Both the position numbers and the translations under genes were made by a program. Source: Octopus sinensis (lineage: Eukaryota). Taken from it: DNA of 64,000 nt. Shown in pieces: positions 26,785 through 37,345 of the stretch (position 1 is its first letter; each line of letters opens with the position of its first letter). The stretch is taken from positions 44,392,001-44,456,000 of the forward strand of contig NC_043012.1 in NCBI RefSeq assembly GCF_006345805.1, read 5' to 3'. The notes beneath the pieces were generated by a model. It worked only from the letters and a program-made list of their open reading frames with translations, ran no database searches and had not been told where the DNA came from.

Positions 26785-26891
26785 TCTACGCTGAAGAGAA
26801 AAGAAGTTTCGGTAAGATAGAATTATTTAATATTTAATATTTAATTCTTATGCTTTCCTAAAAACTTGATTTCGAAACGTACGTCCGTGGA
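26785..26891 (+). ncRNA. Type I hammerhead ribozyme, copy 2
   Basis: TCTACG-CTGAAGA-GAAAAGAAGTTT...AAACTTGATTTC-GAAA-C-GTAC-GTC/CGTGGA. 6-bp stem I, extended stem II, minimal stem III with a palindromic GUAC loop, GUC cut predicted after 26,885. Confidence 0.85.
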
Positions 26892-27384
26892 TAACTAAAA
26901 AAATGTATGATAGATTGCAGTCAATTCATTCTCTCTTACCTGTTTGTGTCTGCCTTCCAAATGCTGTTTTTACTGAGATCTCCCTTTTTAGTAGAAGAAA
27001 TAGCTATAACCCTTTGACTGCTATTTCTAAATTCGGTATGTGGTAAGGCAACTCGTTGCTAAACCCTTATTGCTTAGTATTACTTAAATTTTCCTCGAAT
27101 GAGGCTTTTACATGCCAAAGACTACTTGGTGTAATTGATAATTTTTCCAAATTAATTAATTTCACCCTTCATTATTACGGATAACCATATTTTATCTCAG
27201 TAGATGACCACAGCATCTTGTTTTGGCTACACGCGGGTGGGAAGGGGCTGTTGACACAATCGTTTCATTCACAAATTGAATTCGGTGATACCAGTTGCGG
27301 ATTCTAGCTCGCTCTGATACTGAGTTGAGTTGGTGCCTTCTGGTATCTCAAAATTCAATATATAATCATTTATGATTATAGTAT

Positions 27385-27491
27385 TCTACGCTGAAGAGAA
27401 AAGAAGTTTCGGTAAGATAGAATTATTTAATATTTAATATTTAATTCTTATGCTTTCCTAAAAACTTGATTTCGAAACGTACGTCCGTGGA
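27385..27491 (+). ncRNA. Type I hammerhead ribozyme, copy 3
   Basis: Identical to 26,785-26,891 and exactly 600 nt downstream. Cut predicted after 27,485. Confidence 0.85.
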
Positions 27492-27676
27492 TAACTAAAA
27501 AAATGTATGATAGATTGCAGTCAATTCATTCTCTCTTACCTGTTTGTGTCTGCCTTCCAAATGCTGTTTTTACTGAGATCTCCCTTTTTAGTAGAAGAAA
27601 TAGCTATAACCCTTTGACTGCTATTTCTAAATTCGGTATGTGGTAAGGCAACTCGTTGCTAAACCCTTATTGCTTA

Positions 27677-27705
<29 letters not shown>

Positions 27706-27709
<4 letters not shown>

Positions 27710-27878
27710 AAAAAGGGACAGGCAAACAGGTTGCTTGACCGCATACCGAAATGCATATGTGAATTACAGGGTTTGTTGTGCCCGGAGTCCAACTTTGATA
27801 GAAATAAGCATTCTTGACTGCTATTTCTATTTTTTCGGTATGCGGTCAAGCAACCTGTTTGCCTGTCCCTTTTTCTTA
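27706..27878. repeat. 173-bp fold-back element with ~45-bp terminal inverted repeats, related to the 600-bp unit
   Basis: TAAGAAAAAGGGACAGGCAAACAGGTTGCTTGACCGCATACCGAAA and its exact reverse complement at the other end. GACTGCTATTTCTA..TTCGGTATG.GGT.A.GCAAC is shared with the 600-bp unit. TA on both flanks. Confidence 0.8.
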
Positions 27879-29704
27879 TATACAATATATATACTGAACT
27901 TTACAGAAGTTCCTGCCGGTAATCGGCTATATTTACATACCGAATTCTACCAGTAAATAATTGGGGTTTTTTTAAAAGCCTTTATAGAAATTATTTACTC
28001 TTATTATTATATTATATATATATATATATATACATATATACACATATACACACACACATCCATATGCTAGTACATAAGTGTGTACATATATACACAGCTA
28101 AATATACATAAATGCATATACACACACACACTATATATACCCATACACAAACATACACACAAATTACTTCATCCCTATTATGAATCACCCACAAACCAAG
28201 CTTTAAAACAAGAGAACATCAAATACAACCAGCTGCCACACCCAACAGCATAAAGAAATCAAATATACTAGAAATTATAAACCCTTCATCAACATTCACA
28301 ACATAAGACTTAGTAAAGGAAATAAAATTAAATAAAAATGTTTAGAGCTGTCGTATGTACCACCAGAGTTGGCCTACAGGAACAAATAACACCATTGGTG
28401 TACAGATTCATTAGAACCGTGTCAACCCTTACTATTCACCAAGGCATCTTGGAGTGTGTAGTTATTGCCCTTGGCAGAAACTAAATGGAACAGCAGATAT
28501 GTGGATCATAGTTGGCTGTTTGATCAGCTGCGTGCGATTAGTTGTCTTGATCAGAGCAACAACAATTATTACTTTGAGGTCAGGTTGACTATCAACTGTA
28601 TCAAGCCTTACTGGTGTTGAAGAACCCACAAGGAGTTTTGGCTACAATAACTCCTCTTAAAATACCAAATGTACTCCAGTTGATCTACAAATGCTTTAGT
28701 TGTATTTTTCTTATATGATCACATTATTGATTTATTGCAAGCTAAATCCTCAGACTTAAAAAAATCTGCAAAATTGTGATGTGAAAAATTTTGCATGTTT
28801 GCCTGGATATCAGATCAAGGTACTTTCTAACCAAACAAGGAGCTACCTGGTGGTGGTTGGAATATGACAGTAAAGCTCAGTATTACAGATTAATTTTATT
28901 ATTGATAGCAACTAAAGCAGGTGAGATTATGTACAGTGTCTGACTTGATATTCTAACTTCAAATCTTTTTCTGGTTGTCTTGATCAATGCATTGAATCCA
29001 ACTTACTTTCACTTTGCTACAGAGTAGCTTAGAATAGAATCAGCGGTTAACCCGTTAACATTCGAATTATTCTGTCCAATGTATTATGTTTATTTATTCA
29101 CATTATTTTGAATTAATTATGCATCATCTCATAGCTTTGAGATTTCAATGATGTGATTGTTTACTTTTAGAATGACAATGTAGGACAAGTGTGAGAGGCC
29201 AGATCAGGCTGATTTGAATACAAAACAGGTGGAATATTTGGGCCAGATATGGGGGCCAGTTTAAAGGCTAAAGGGTTAAGCATGGTACATAACCTACCTG
29301 TTCCATTTACCTGACAAATCTCTGTGGTTGTTAGAGTATTATATTGTTGTTGTTGATGATGATGATCATGATGTTGATGATAGCAACAACTGCAGTGATG
29401 ATGATCCACGTTAAGATATAACTTAGAAATTGATAAATTTCTATTGAGAACTGGTCGTAGAATATATTACATTTTCAGGCTTTTTAAATGTAAATAAGTT
29501 ATTCTATTGGATGTTTCAATATATTTATTTGGTTAGTTATTTTATTATTCAATAAGTAATCAATAACTCCATTTCACAGGTTTTGCTCACATCTGTTGCA
29601 ACCGTGTATTTCATGAAACTTGTTCAGAGAAATGATAAATAACATAGAGTAAAAAACGGTCATCAATAAACAGCAAAAAATCAGAACAATTGGGGTTCAA
29701 TTAC

Positions 29705-30107
29705 TTACTCTTTTACTCTTTTACTTGTTTCAGTCATTTGACTGCGGCCATGCTGGAGCACCGCCTTTTTAGTCGAGCAAATCGACCCCGGGACTTATTC
29801 TTTGTAAGCCCAGTACTTATTCTATCGGTCTCTTTTGCCGAACCGCTAAGTGACGGGGACGTAAACACACCAGCATCGGTTGTCAAACAATGCTACGGGG
29901 ACAAACACACACACACACATATATACATATATATACATATATACGACAGGCTTCTTTCAGTTTCCGTCTACCAAATCCACTCACAAGGCATTGGTCGGCC
30001 CGGGGCTATAGCAGAAGACACTTGCCCAAGATGCCACGCAGTGGGACTGAACCCGGAACCATGTGGTTGGTTAGCAAGCTACTTACCACACAGCCACTCC
30101 TACGCCT
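29705..30107 (-). mobile_element. SINE family A, young full-length copy (tRNA-derived head, CORE-like CCTTGGGCAAGT-type domain)
   Basis: The minus strand reads GGAGTGGCTGTGTGGTAAGTAGC...GGTTCAGTCCC (A/B boxes), CTTGGGCAAGTGTCTT, a TA/TG spacer and a (GAGTAAAA)n tail. CpGs are retained. Confidence 0.9.
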
Positions 30108-31158
30108 ATTCATTCTTACATATTCATTCTTGATATCTTCCAACAGATTCAAATGTAAATATGCTAATCGTTGGAAAAACAGTGTCTTCTTTCAGGTGAA
30201 TGTGTCTTCATAACATATACTTAATTCATTAGTGTAAGACATATTTGGGATGCTCAGTCTTTTGATATCATTGTGTCTCCTCACCCATGACCACCCAAGA
30301 CTAATGAAGAGTTTGTGACTTTTGTTTAACAGCAAATAAATTCTCTTTTTCTTGTTTCAGTCATTAGACTGTGGTCGTGAAGGATTTTTAGTTGAATTAA
30401 TTGATCCCAGGACTTATTTTTTTCTTAGGTCTGGTACTTATTTTATTGGTCTCTTTTGCTGAACTGCTAACACATCACAGGAACATAATCACATCAACAA
30501 CGGTCATTAAGTGGTAGTGGGGGTCTCACACAAACACACACACACAATGGGCTTCTTTCAGTTTCCATGTACCAAATCCTCTCACAAGTTCAGCCCGAAG
30601 CTATAAATAGAAGACACTTGCCCTAGGTGCCGAGCAGTGGGAGACTGAACCTGGAACCATGTGGTTGGGAATCAAGCTTGTTACCACACAGCCACATCTG
30701 AATATGTGTGTCATTTTCCTAATTCTTGCTGTTCATTGTGCACATGATGGCTTATTATCGGTTGGCAGATATCAGCTCACGTCAGCAAATGATTTCTTCA
30801 CTGAAGTCATAAACTCTTGATTGATTCATTAGTCTTGGCTGGCTTTGACTGAGGAGACACGATGATGTCAAAACACCAGGTTTCCCAAAGTTCCCTTATG
30901 CTAATTACTCAAGTGTGTTATGAACATATATTCATCTGAATTTAGAAGTTGTTTGTCAGTGATGAAATACAACAATGTTTAGTATATTCATGTTCAAAGC
31001 TGCCAGAATGTATTAAGAGTGGATATGTCATTGTAATATAAGGTAGTATTGACAGAGCTTTATATTAAGGATGGGTAGATGTACAGAAATATATACGGGT
31101 ATCCATTCATGGGGGTCACTAAACCTGAACTCTCATTCTAGTGATAACTAACCATTAA

Positions 31159-31473
31159 CCCTTTAGCATTCAGATTTTTCTGTCAAATGTAAAGCTTATT
31201 TATTCACATTACTTTGAATTATTTGCATTATCTCATAGCTTTGCGAGTTCAATGATGTGATTACTCTTTTACTTGTTTCAGTCAGTTGACTGCGGTCATG
31301 CTGGAGCACCACCTTTAGTCGAGCAACTCGACCCCGGGACTTATTCTTTGTAAGCCCAGCACTTATTCTATCGGTCTCTTTTGCCGAGCCGCTAGGTGAC
31401 GGGGACATAAACACACCAGCATCGGTTGTCAAGCAATGCTAGGAGGACAAACACAGACACACAAACATACACG

Positions 31474-31550
<77 letters not shown>

Positions 31551-31732
31551 CGATGGGCTTCTTTCAGTTTCCGTCTACCAAATCTACTCACAAGGCATTG
31601 GTCGGCCCGAGGCTATAGTAGAAGACACTTGCTCAAGGTGCCACGCAAGCATGAAAGATCCAATCTGGTTGGTTTGAACTGAAAACAGATAAAATATTTG
31701 TGCCAGATGTGGTCAGTTTAAGCACTTAAGGG
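31159..31732. mobile_element. piggyBac-type MITE interrupted by a family A SINE (31,261-31,647)
   Basis: TTAA-CCCTTTAGC at 31,155 and AAGGG-TTAA at 31,736. The MITE internal sequence resumes after the SINE. Confidence 0.85.
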
Positions 31733-32850
31733 TTAAAATAGGTTTGTGGCTGACTCTGTGCTTCACATCAGGCAATAAACTCTCACTAGTTGACAACAGC
31801 TTGTTCTCTTTCCCCCTTGTAAGTAGACACTGTCTCCTGGTGCCTTCAATGAACCAGAAGGGTCCCTCTCCTTAGTCACTCAGCTACTTAGAAATAGCAG
31901 CTAAATCTTTCTCAAAAACTACACTATTGTCTTAAAAATATGGAAAGATATATTGCATAATATAACCCTAGAGATGCTATGTCTGAAAAAAAAATAAACA
32001 AAAAGAAAACAATGGTTATTAGTGAAACACTTTTGATTTTAGGCTTGTCCCAACAGGAATGACCTAAGGCTAGATAGAAACAAAACAGTGTTGAGATAAG
32101 GACCTAAGAAAGGTATCTATCTAATTTCTAAGTTTTAGATTTTGAACATGACAGAATTAGAATAATCTTGGGCTCTAATATTTTACTACAACTGATGATT
32201 TTGTGTTCAAATCTTTGTGCAATTCCTCCATGGTTATTAAAATAACTGTGTGCTATACCATAGTGATGTACTTTGATCCACTTTGTGCTTTGCTCTAGAA
32301 TTGAGCTTCAAACTTAATGCAACTTCAAGGTGTTTATTTCTTAGAAACAGTGGCATGATGAGTAAGGATGCTGAAATACAGTTAAGTTTTGCATGTACAG
32401 TCTCATTGCAGATTGTGTGTGTGTGTATGTGTGTGTTTTGAGTAAAATAACTGCAGAAATAAAAGATTACTCATGTGTAGGCCTTGAGTTTATGCCATCT
32501 ACATTTTGCAGAAATCAAGGCAGAACATCTAAATTTTGGTACCTCAGTTTATATAACAAAAACAAATAGGTACCACATTCTCTGTAACAAACTGATATTG
32601 TACCTATGAGTAATTAATATGTCATCTACTTAATACTATACTACAGAATTCAACTTGTTACAACTTGTGTGGACATTTGACCGAAACATAGGGTACGAAA
32701 GAATGGCTGTGTTTGCTGTCCTTGGCAACTTGATGAATAAAATTTTTTTTTAAATCTATAAGCTACAAATTTATTAAAAACTGGATTCATTAAAGTAAAT
32801 AGTATTGTTTGGATAAAATGGACAGTAATTAGAAACAAGATAATTTGGAA

Positions 32851-33262
32851 TTACTCTTACTCTTTACTCTTTTACTTGTTTCAGTCATTTGACTGCGGCC
32901 ATGCTGGAGCACCGCCTTTAATCGAGCAACTCGACTCCGGGACTTATTCTTTGTAAGCCCAGTACTTATTCTATCGGTCTCTTTTGCCGAACCGCTAAGT
33001 GACAGGGACATAAACACACCAGCATCGGTTGTCAAGCAATGCTACGGGGACAGACGCACAAACACACACACACATACATACATATATATACATATATACG
33101 ACGGGCTTCTTTCAGTTTCCGTCTACCAAATCCACTCACAAGGCTTTGGTCGGCCCGAGGCTATAGTAGAAGACACTTGCCCAAGGTGCCACGCAGTGGG
33201 ACTGAACCCGGAACCATGTGGTTGGTAAACAAGCTACTTACCACACAGCCACTACTGCGCCT
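32851..33262 (-). mobile_element. SINE family A, young full-length copy
   Basis: Near-identical to 29,705-30,107. Confidence 0.9.
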
Positions 33263-33913
33263 GTAGTACTGTTTAGATTTTATTTCATTTGCACATTACA
33301 TTGTTTGGTGATCAATAGTATCATTGGTTATAGGTTTTCAATTGGCTAATCTCTAGTTTTCTGTATTCATGATGATGGCAGAGAAAGGGATTATCTTCAC
33401 AATTTGGGCGAAATAAATATCATAAGGTATTTTGTTCAAAAGCATAGATTTATCAGTTTTCTTATTGATGTTTATATTTTTTGCTAATATATATACATTG
33501 CTGAAAGATGTACACATCACATATGTATGTATGTGTGTGTGTACACTTCCACTCCCCCCACCCCACCGATCATTATTATCATTTTTTTTTTTCATGCTGG
33601 GATGGGTTGACCAAAACTTGCTGAGACAGTACTTTATGGCTGGATTCCTTTCCTGTCAACAGTCCTTACCTGGCTGTTTCTGATTGGTTAAATTGAATAT
33701 TTTTTTACTGATACTTCATTTATGAACTGAGAATAAAAGCCCATCATCTGGATTTTACTGATACACCTAAGAATTATGTTAAGGATACCATTATCTGTGG
33801 AATGTTCAGCCACTTATATCTTAATTCAATGAGGAAATGATTTAATTGATCAAAGAACTGAATAATCAGTGTCAAAACTGATGGAGATCCATTTTTGCTT
33901 AGATACTGTAGAG

Positions 33914-34313
33914 CAGTGGTTCTCAACCAGAATCCATATAACCCCTGGGGTTCCATATAAGATTTTGGCAGGGTCCACACAAGCAAAATAGTGAATTGGA
34001 GACCTGCAGTTGTATGTTAAGGGTCCATGTAAAAAGTTTGCTTTAAATGTATTTATTGCAAGAAATGTCTAGACTTCTTTCTTGAATGTTTCATTCAACT
34101 AAAGATTCTTCAAGGTGGTGCCCCAGCATGGCCACAGTCTAGTGACTGAAGCAAATGAAAGTTCAAAGATAGTTCAGCCTACACAACTTAATGGGCAAAA
34201 AGTGAAATAGGAATTTTGAAAGAGATATCTATAAGACTAGTTTTTAAACATTGAATGGCTATGGAGATCCACCAGAAAGGGGTCCATAGGTAAAAATTGG
34301 TTGAGAACCACTA
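33914..34313. mobile_element. hAT-type MITE with 8-bp target duplication
   Basis: TIRs CAGTGGTTCTCAACC / GGTTGAGAACCACTA. Flanks CTGTAGAG and CCGTAGAG. A decayed inverted relative lies at ~63,330-63,640. Confidence 0.85.
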
Positions 34314-35557
34314 CCGTAGAGCTTCCTATCCAGCATTACTTTTCTTTTTTTGTTTTTTGTGCCAGAAAGAACTTAATAAAGACAAGACAGTCCTGGCTGG
34401 AACGTCCTTTGATCAAAGATCTGCTCAATCAGCTGTAAACAGCAACAACAAATATTGCTGTTGAATAACCTCAGTTAAAAATTTAAAGACAGCCCCCACC
34501 CCTCACTAAAACAGTTGTGAAATAGCTGGCTATAAGCTCCAATTTAATCCTGGCAATTATTCTACATTACCTTAATTCACTTATCTTTCTGAAATTGTTA
34601 TTAGATTAGCTGAGAATCTTACCTGTAAAAGGCTGTCAGAATATTCAGAAGATTATCTCTCTGCTTTACACTAGAAAACTATTGCTAAAAGGCAGTCTTT
34701 AAAGTCTCTTTTGAGTTTAAAATGGGTTTGTATATTTTCTTAAATCTCTATATAGTTACATGTAATCTAAAGATACTGAAAAAGTCCAATGAATTCTAAG
34801 ATACTAAGACTGTGGGGTTTCATGTAGTAAAAAAATTAATTTTTTGTTTTTGCTGCTGATGAAAGAATATGAAGAAGCTTCAAGTGAGAGGTGTCAAGTG
34901 TCTTGATTGATAAGAAGACGTCTCACAACTGAATATCATATGTAACACAGAACATGAATAAGAGAAAATAATTCACACCATATCCATCAGACCCAAGATC
35001 TCTGTATTATGAGGTGGAAAGTTGAGTTGGATGATTTTCACTTTATTTGCAAAACCATATCTCCAAGAGCTACAAAATCATATAAAGTTGGTGCATAAAT
35101 TCAGTTAATGAATGCACATAAGAAATCAATCTACTCTTGAATTGCTCTCCATGAAAATTCTCAAAGGTTGTTCTCTTGTAGACCTATGATCAACACATTC
35201 CAGTTGTAACTGTCTTATCTTTTGTATATTGGAGACCATATTCAATATCTCCTTTATCTTTAAAAGTGTATTTGAGGGAATATTGCTGCTTTTTCTGGCA
35301 GGTCATGGGATGGCATAGAAATTCATAAATTTTGAACATAAATGCCCAATAACTTATCCACTTAAGCACTTCACATCTATGCCACTGAGTTACTTACACT
35401 TCTTGAAGGAATGACAAATAGACTTGGCATTGATAGGGTTTACATTTCGGAATTATGAGGCTCTAAACTTACTCTTTACTGAAAACTGGATCACCACTCT
35501 ATGGTGTCTGTTCTAACAAATATACATATGTACATATACTTACATAATTACATATAA

Positions 35558-35955
35558 CTAACAGTATCGCCCGGCGTTGCTCGGGTTTGTAAGGGAAATA
35601 ACTATATAAGCATTTTTAGAGATGTAAAGTATAATAGCCATCTCAATATGGCTAACCACAAAGGGGGGGGTTGTTACTGTAGCTTTTTACGTTCTGAGAT
35701 TTAATAATAAATTTTTAGAGAGTTACTTCCCTTATATATGCCAAAAATGCATTAAAAATGGGAAAAAATGATGGTAAATTTTTTTTTAAATCGTAGACTC
35801 ATCGTAGACGCGTGCTAATACCCAGCAGGGCTCGATATGAATCACGACTATAAGATACCAGGTTTTGGTTAAACTGCACCGCAAAATGTGGGAGTAGTTA
35901 GGAATCTAAATCGTAGGAGACAGACAGCACACAACCTCACTTTTATATATAAAGA
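35558..35955 (-). mobile_element. Non-autonomous Helitron
   Basis: The minus strand starts with 5'-TC after an A. It has the subterminal hairpin CCCGAGCAACGCCGGG and a 3' end TTAG (CTAG variant) followed by T. Confidence 0.75.
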
Positions 35956-36018
35956 TATATATATATGCCAGCGCTGCCTTGACTGGTTTCTGTGCCGGTG
36001 GCATGTTAAAAGCACCAA

Positions 36019-36095
<77 letters not shown>

Positions 36096-36110
36096 ATATA
36101 TGTATATATA

Positions 36111-36489
36111 TCTCTCTATATAAACGGCAGTTTGTCTGTGCGTGTTTCTGTGTGTCTGTTTGCTTGTACCCTCACCCTGACCACGGCTTTCAACCGATTC
36201 TGATGAAACTTGACACACACATAGCCCAATGTCATAATTCAAAACTAACGCAGCGAAAAGTTTGAAAAGTTCCCCCAGTTCTGAAAAAAATCGATAAATT
36301 CGACATGGGCTTGAGAATTAGAAACACAAACCGCAAACTGTCTAGGGGACGCAACTCCACCTTTTTTAACAAAAAAAAATTTACCATCATTTTTTTCCAT
36401 TTTTTTGCTATTTTTTGGCTATAACTCTCTAAAAATGCTTTATAGTTATTTCCCATACAAACCTGAGCAACGCCGGGCGATACTGCTAG
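36111..36489 (+). mobile_element. Non-autonomous Helitron, second subfamily
   Basis: A|TCTCTCTATATAAA...CCTGAGCAACGCCGGGCGATACTGCTAG|T gives 5'-TC, 3'-CTAG, a hairpin and an AT target. The 3' region is shared with 35,558-35,955. Confidence 0.85.
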
Positions 36490-36515
36490 TATATATATAT
36501 ATATATATATGTATG

Positions 36516-36607
<92 letters not shown>

Positions 36608-36743
36608 GTATATATATATATATAATATATATATATTATATTATATATATAATATATATATATATTGTGTGTATATATATATATATATAATGTATATATA
36701 TGTGTATATATATGTGTGTATATATATATATATATAATGTATA

Positions 36744-36791
<48 letters not shown>

Positions 36792-36884
36792 GTATATATA
36801 TGTGTATATATATATATATGTTTATATATGTGTGTATATATATATGTGTGTGTATATATGTGTATATATATATATATATGTGTG

Positions 36885-36915
<31 letters not shown>

Positions 36916-36969
36916 AGTATATATATATATATATATTGTATATATATGTTATATATATGTATATATATG

Positions 36970-37000
<31 letters not shown>

Positions 37001-37008
37001 GTTATATA

Positions 37009-37039
<31 letters not shown>

Positions 37040-37190
37040 ATAAAATATTAGGGAATAAATCCAAACTTACAGGGAAAATCAGATTTCTTAAAATTTTCGA
37101 GTTACAGTCATTCTTCAGGTGGTTTACATATTTAACTTGGTGAGGTTTAATCAATGATTAAACCTCTAATTTATATAATATAATATATAT

Positions 37191-37236
<46 letters not shown>

Positions 37237-37253
37237 GTATGTATATATGTATG

Positions 37254-37292
<39 letters not shown>

Positions 37293-37345
37293 GTATGTTT
37301 ATATGTATATATATGTATGTTTATATGTATATATATGTATGTTTA
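36490..37345. repeat. Very long degenerate (TA)n/(TATG)n microsatellite with a short unique interruption at ~37,040-37,170
   Basis: Directly visible. It is the source of the spurious IY/YI ORFs. Many shorter (TA)n, (CA)n, (GA)n, (TAA)n and (CAT)n tracts occur throughout the window. Confidence 0.95.

Larger units (their letters stand above)
25993..27680. mobile_element. Tandem plus inverted array of a 600-bp hammerhead-containing unit (Penelope pLTR/retrozyme-like) inserted in (TA)n
   Basis: 25,993-26,170 recurs at 26,593-26,770 (offset 600). 26,771-27,680 is the reverse complement of the unit, about 1.5 copies with offset 600. Both outer ends run into (TA)n. One substitution (27,117) distinguishes the copies. 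Confidence 0.9.

Noticed and set aside
25993-27680. CRISPR array or simple satellite, and pure assembly artefact
   Set aside because: There is no repeat-spacer structure and the context is eukaryotic. The unit is 600 bp with a structured RNA motif. One substitution and a defined junction argue against, but do not exclude, an artefact.
29580-29642. Possible terminal exon after TTTCACAG (VLLTSVATVYFMKLVQRNDK*)
   Set aside because: It is only a splice-like signal with a short frame. There is no homology I recognise and no partner exon. The same holds for candidates at ~17,968 and ~32,519.
29690-30213. ORFs recurring at many loci (for example GFFQFPSTKSTHKALVG, FTCFSHLTAAMLEH)
   Set aside because: They are chance translations of SINE family A.
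30843-30890. Hammerhead-like string CTGAGGA-GACA..TGTC-AAAA-C..G-TT
   Set aside because: The invariant G of GAAA is an A, stem I needs a 2-nt bulge and loop III is not palindromic. It is at best a dead relic and possibly chance.
37085-37125. Minus-strand CTGAAGA...CGAAA motif
   Set aside because: The intervening bases do not form stem II and no cleavage triplet or stem I can be assigned.
36232-37143. Longest ORFs in the track (221, 147 and 110 aa)
   Set aside because: They are IY/YI/CV translations of the (TA)n/(TATG)n array. The same applies to the many ORFs crossing TA, CA or GA tracts elsewhere.
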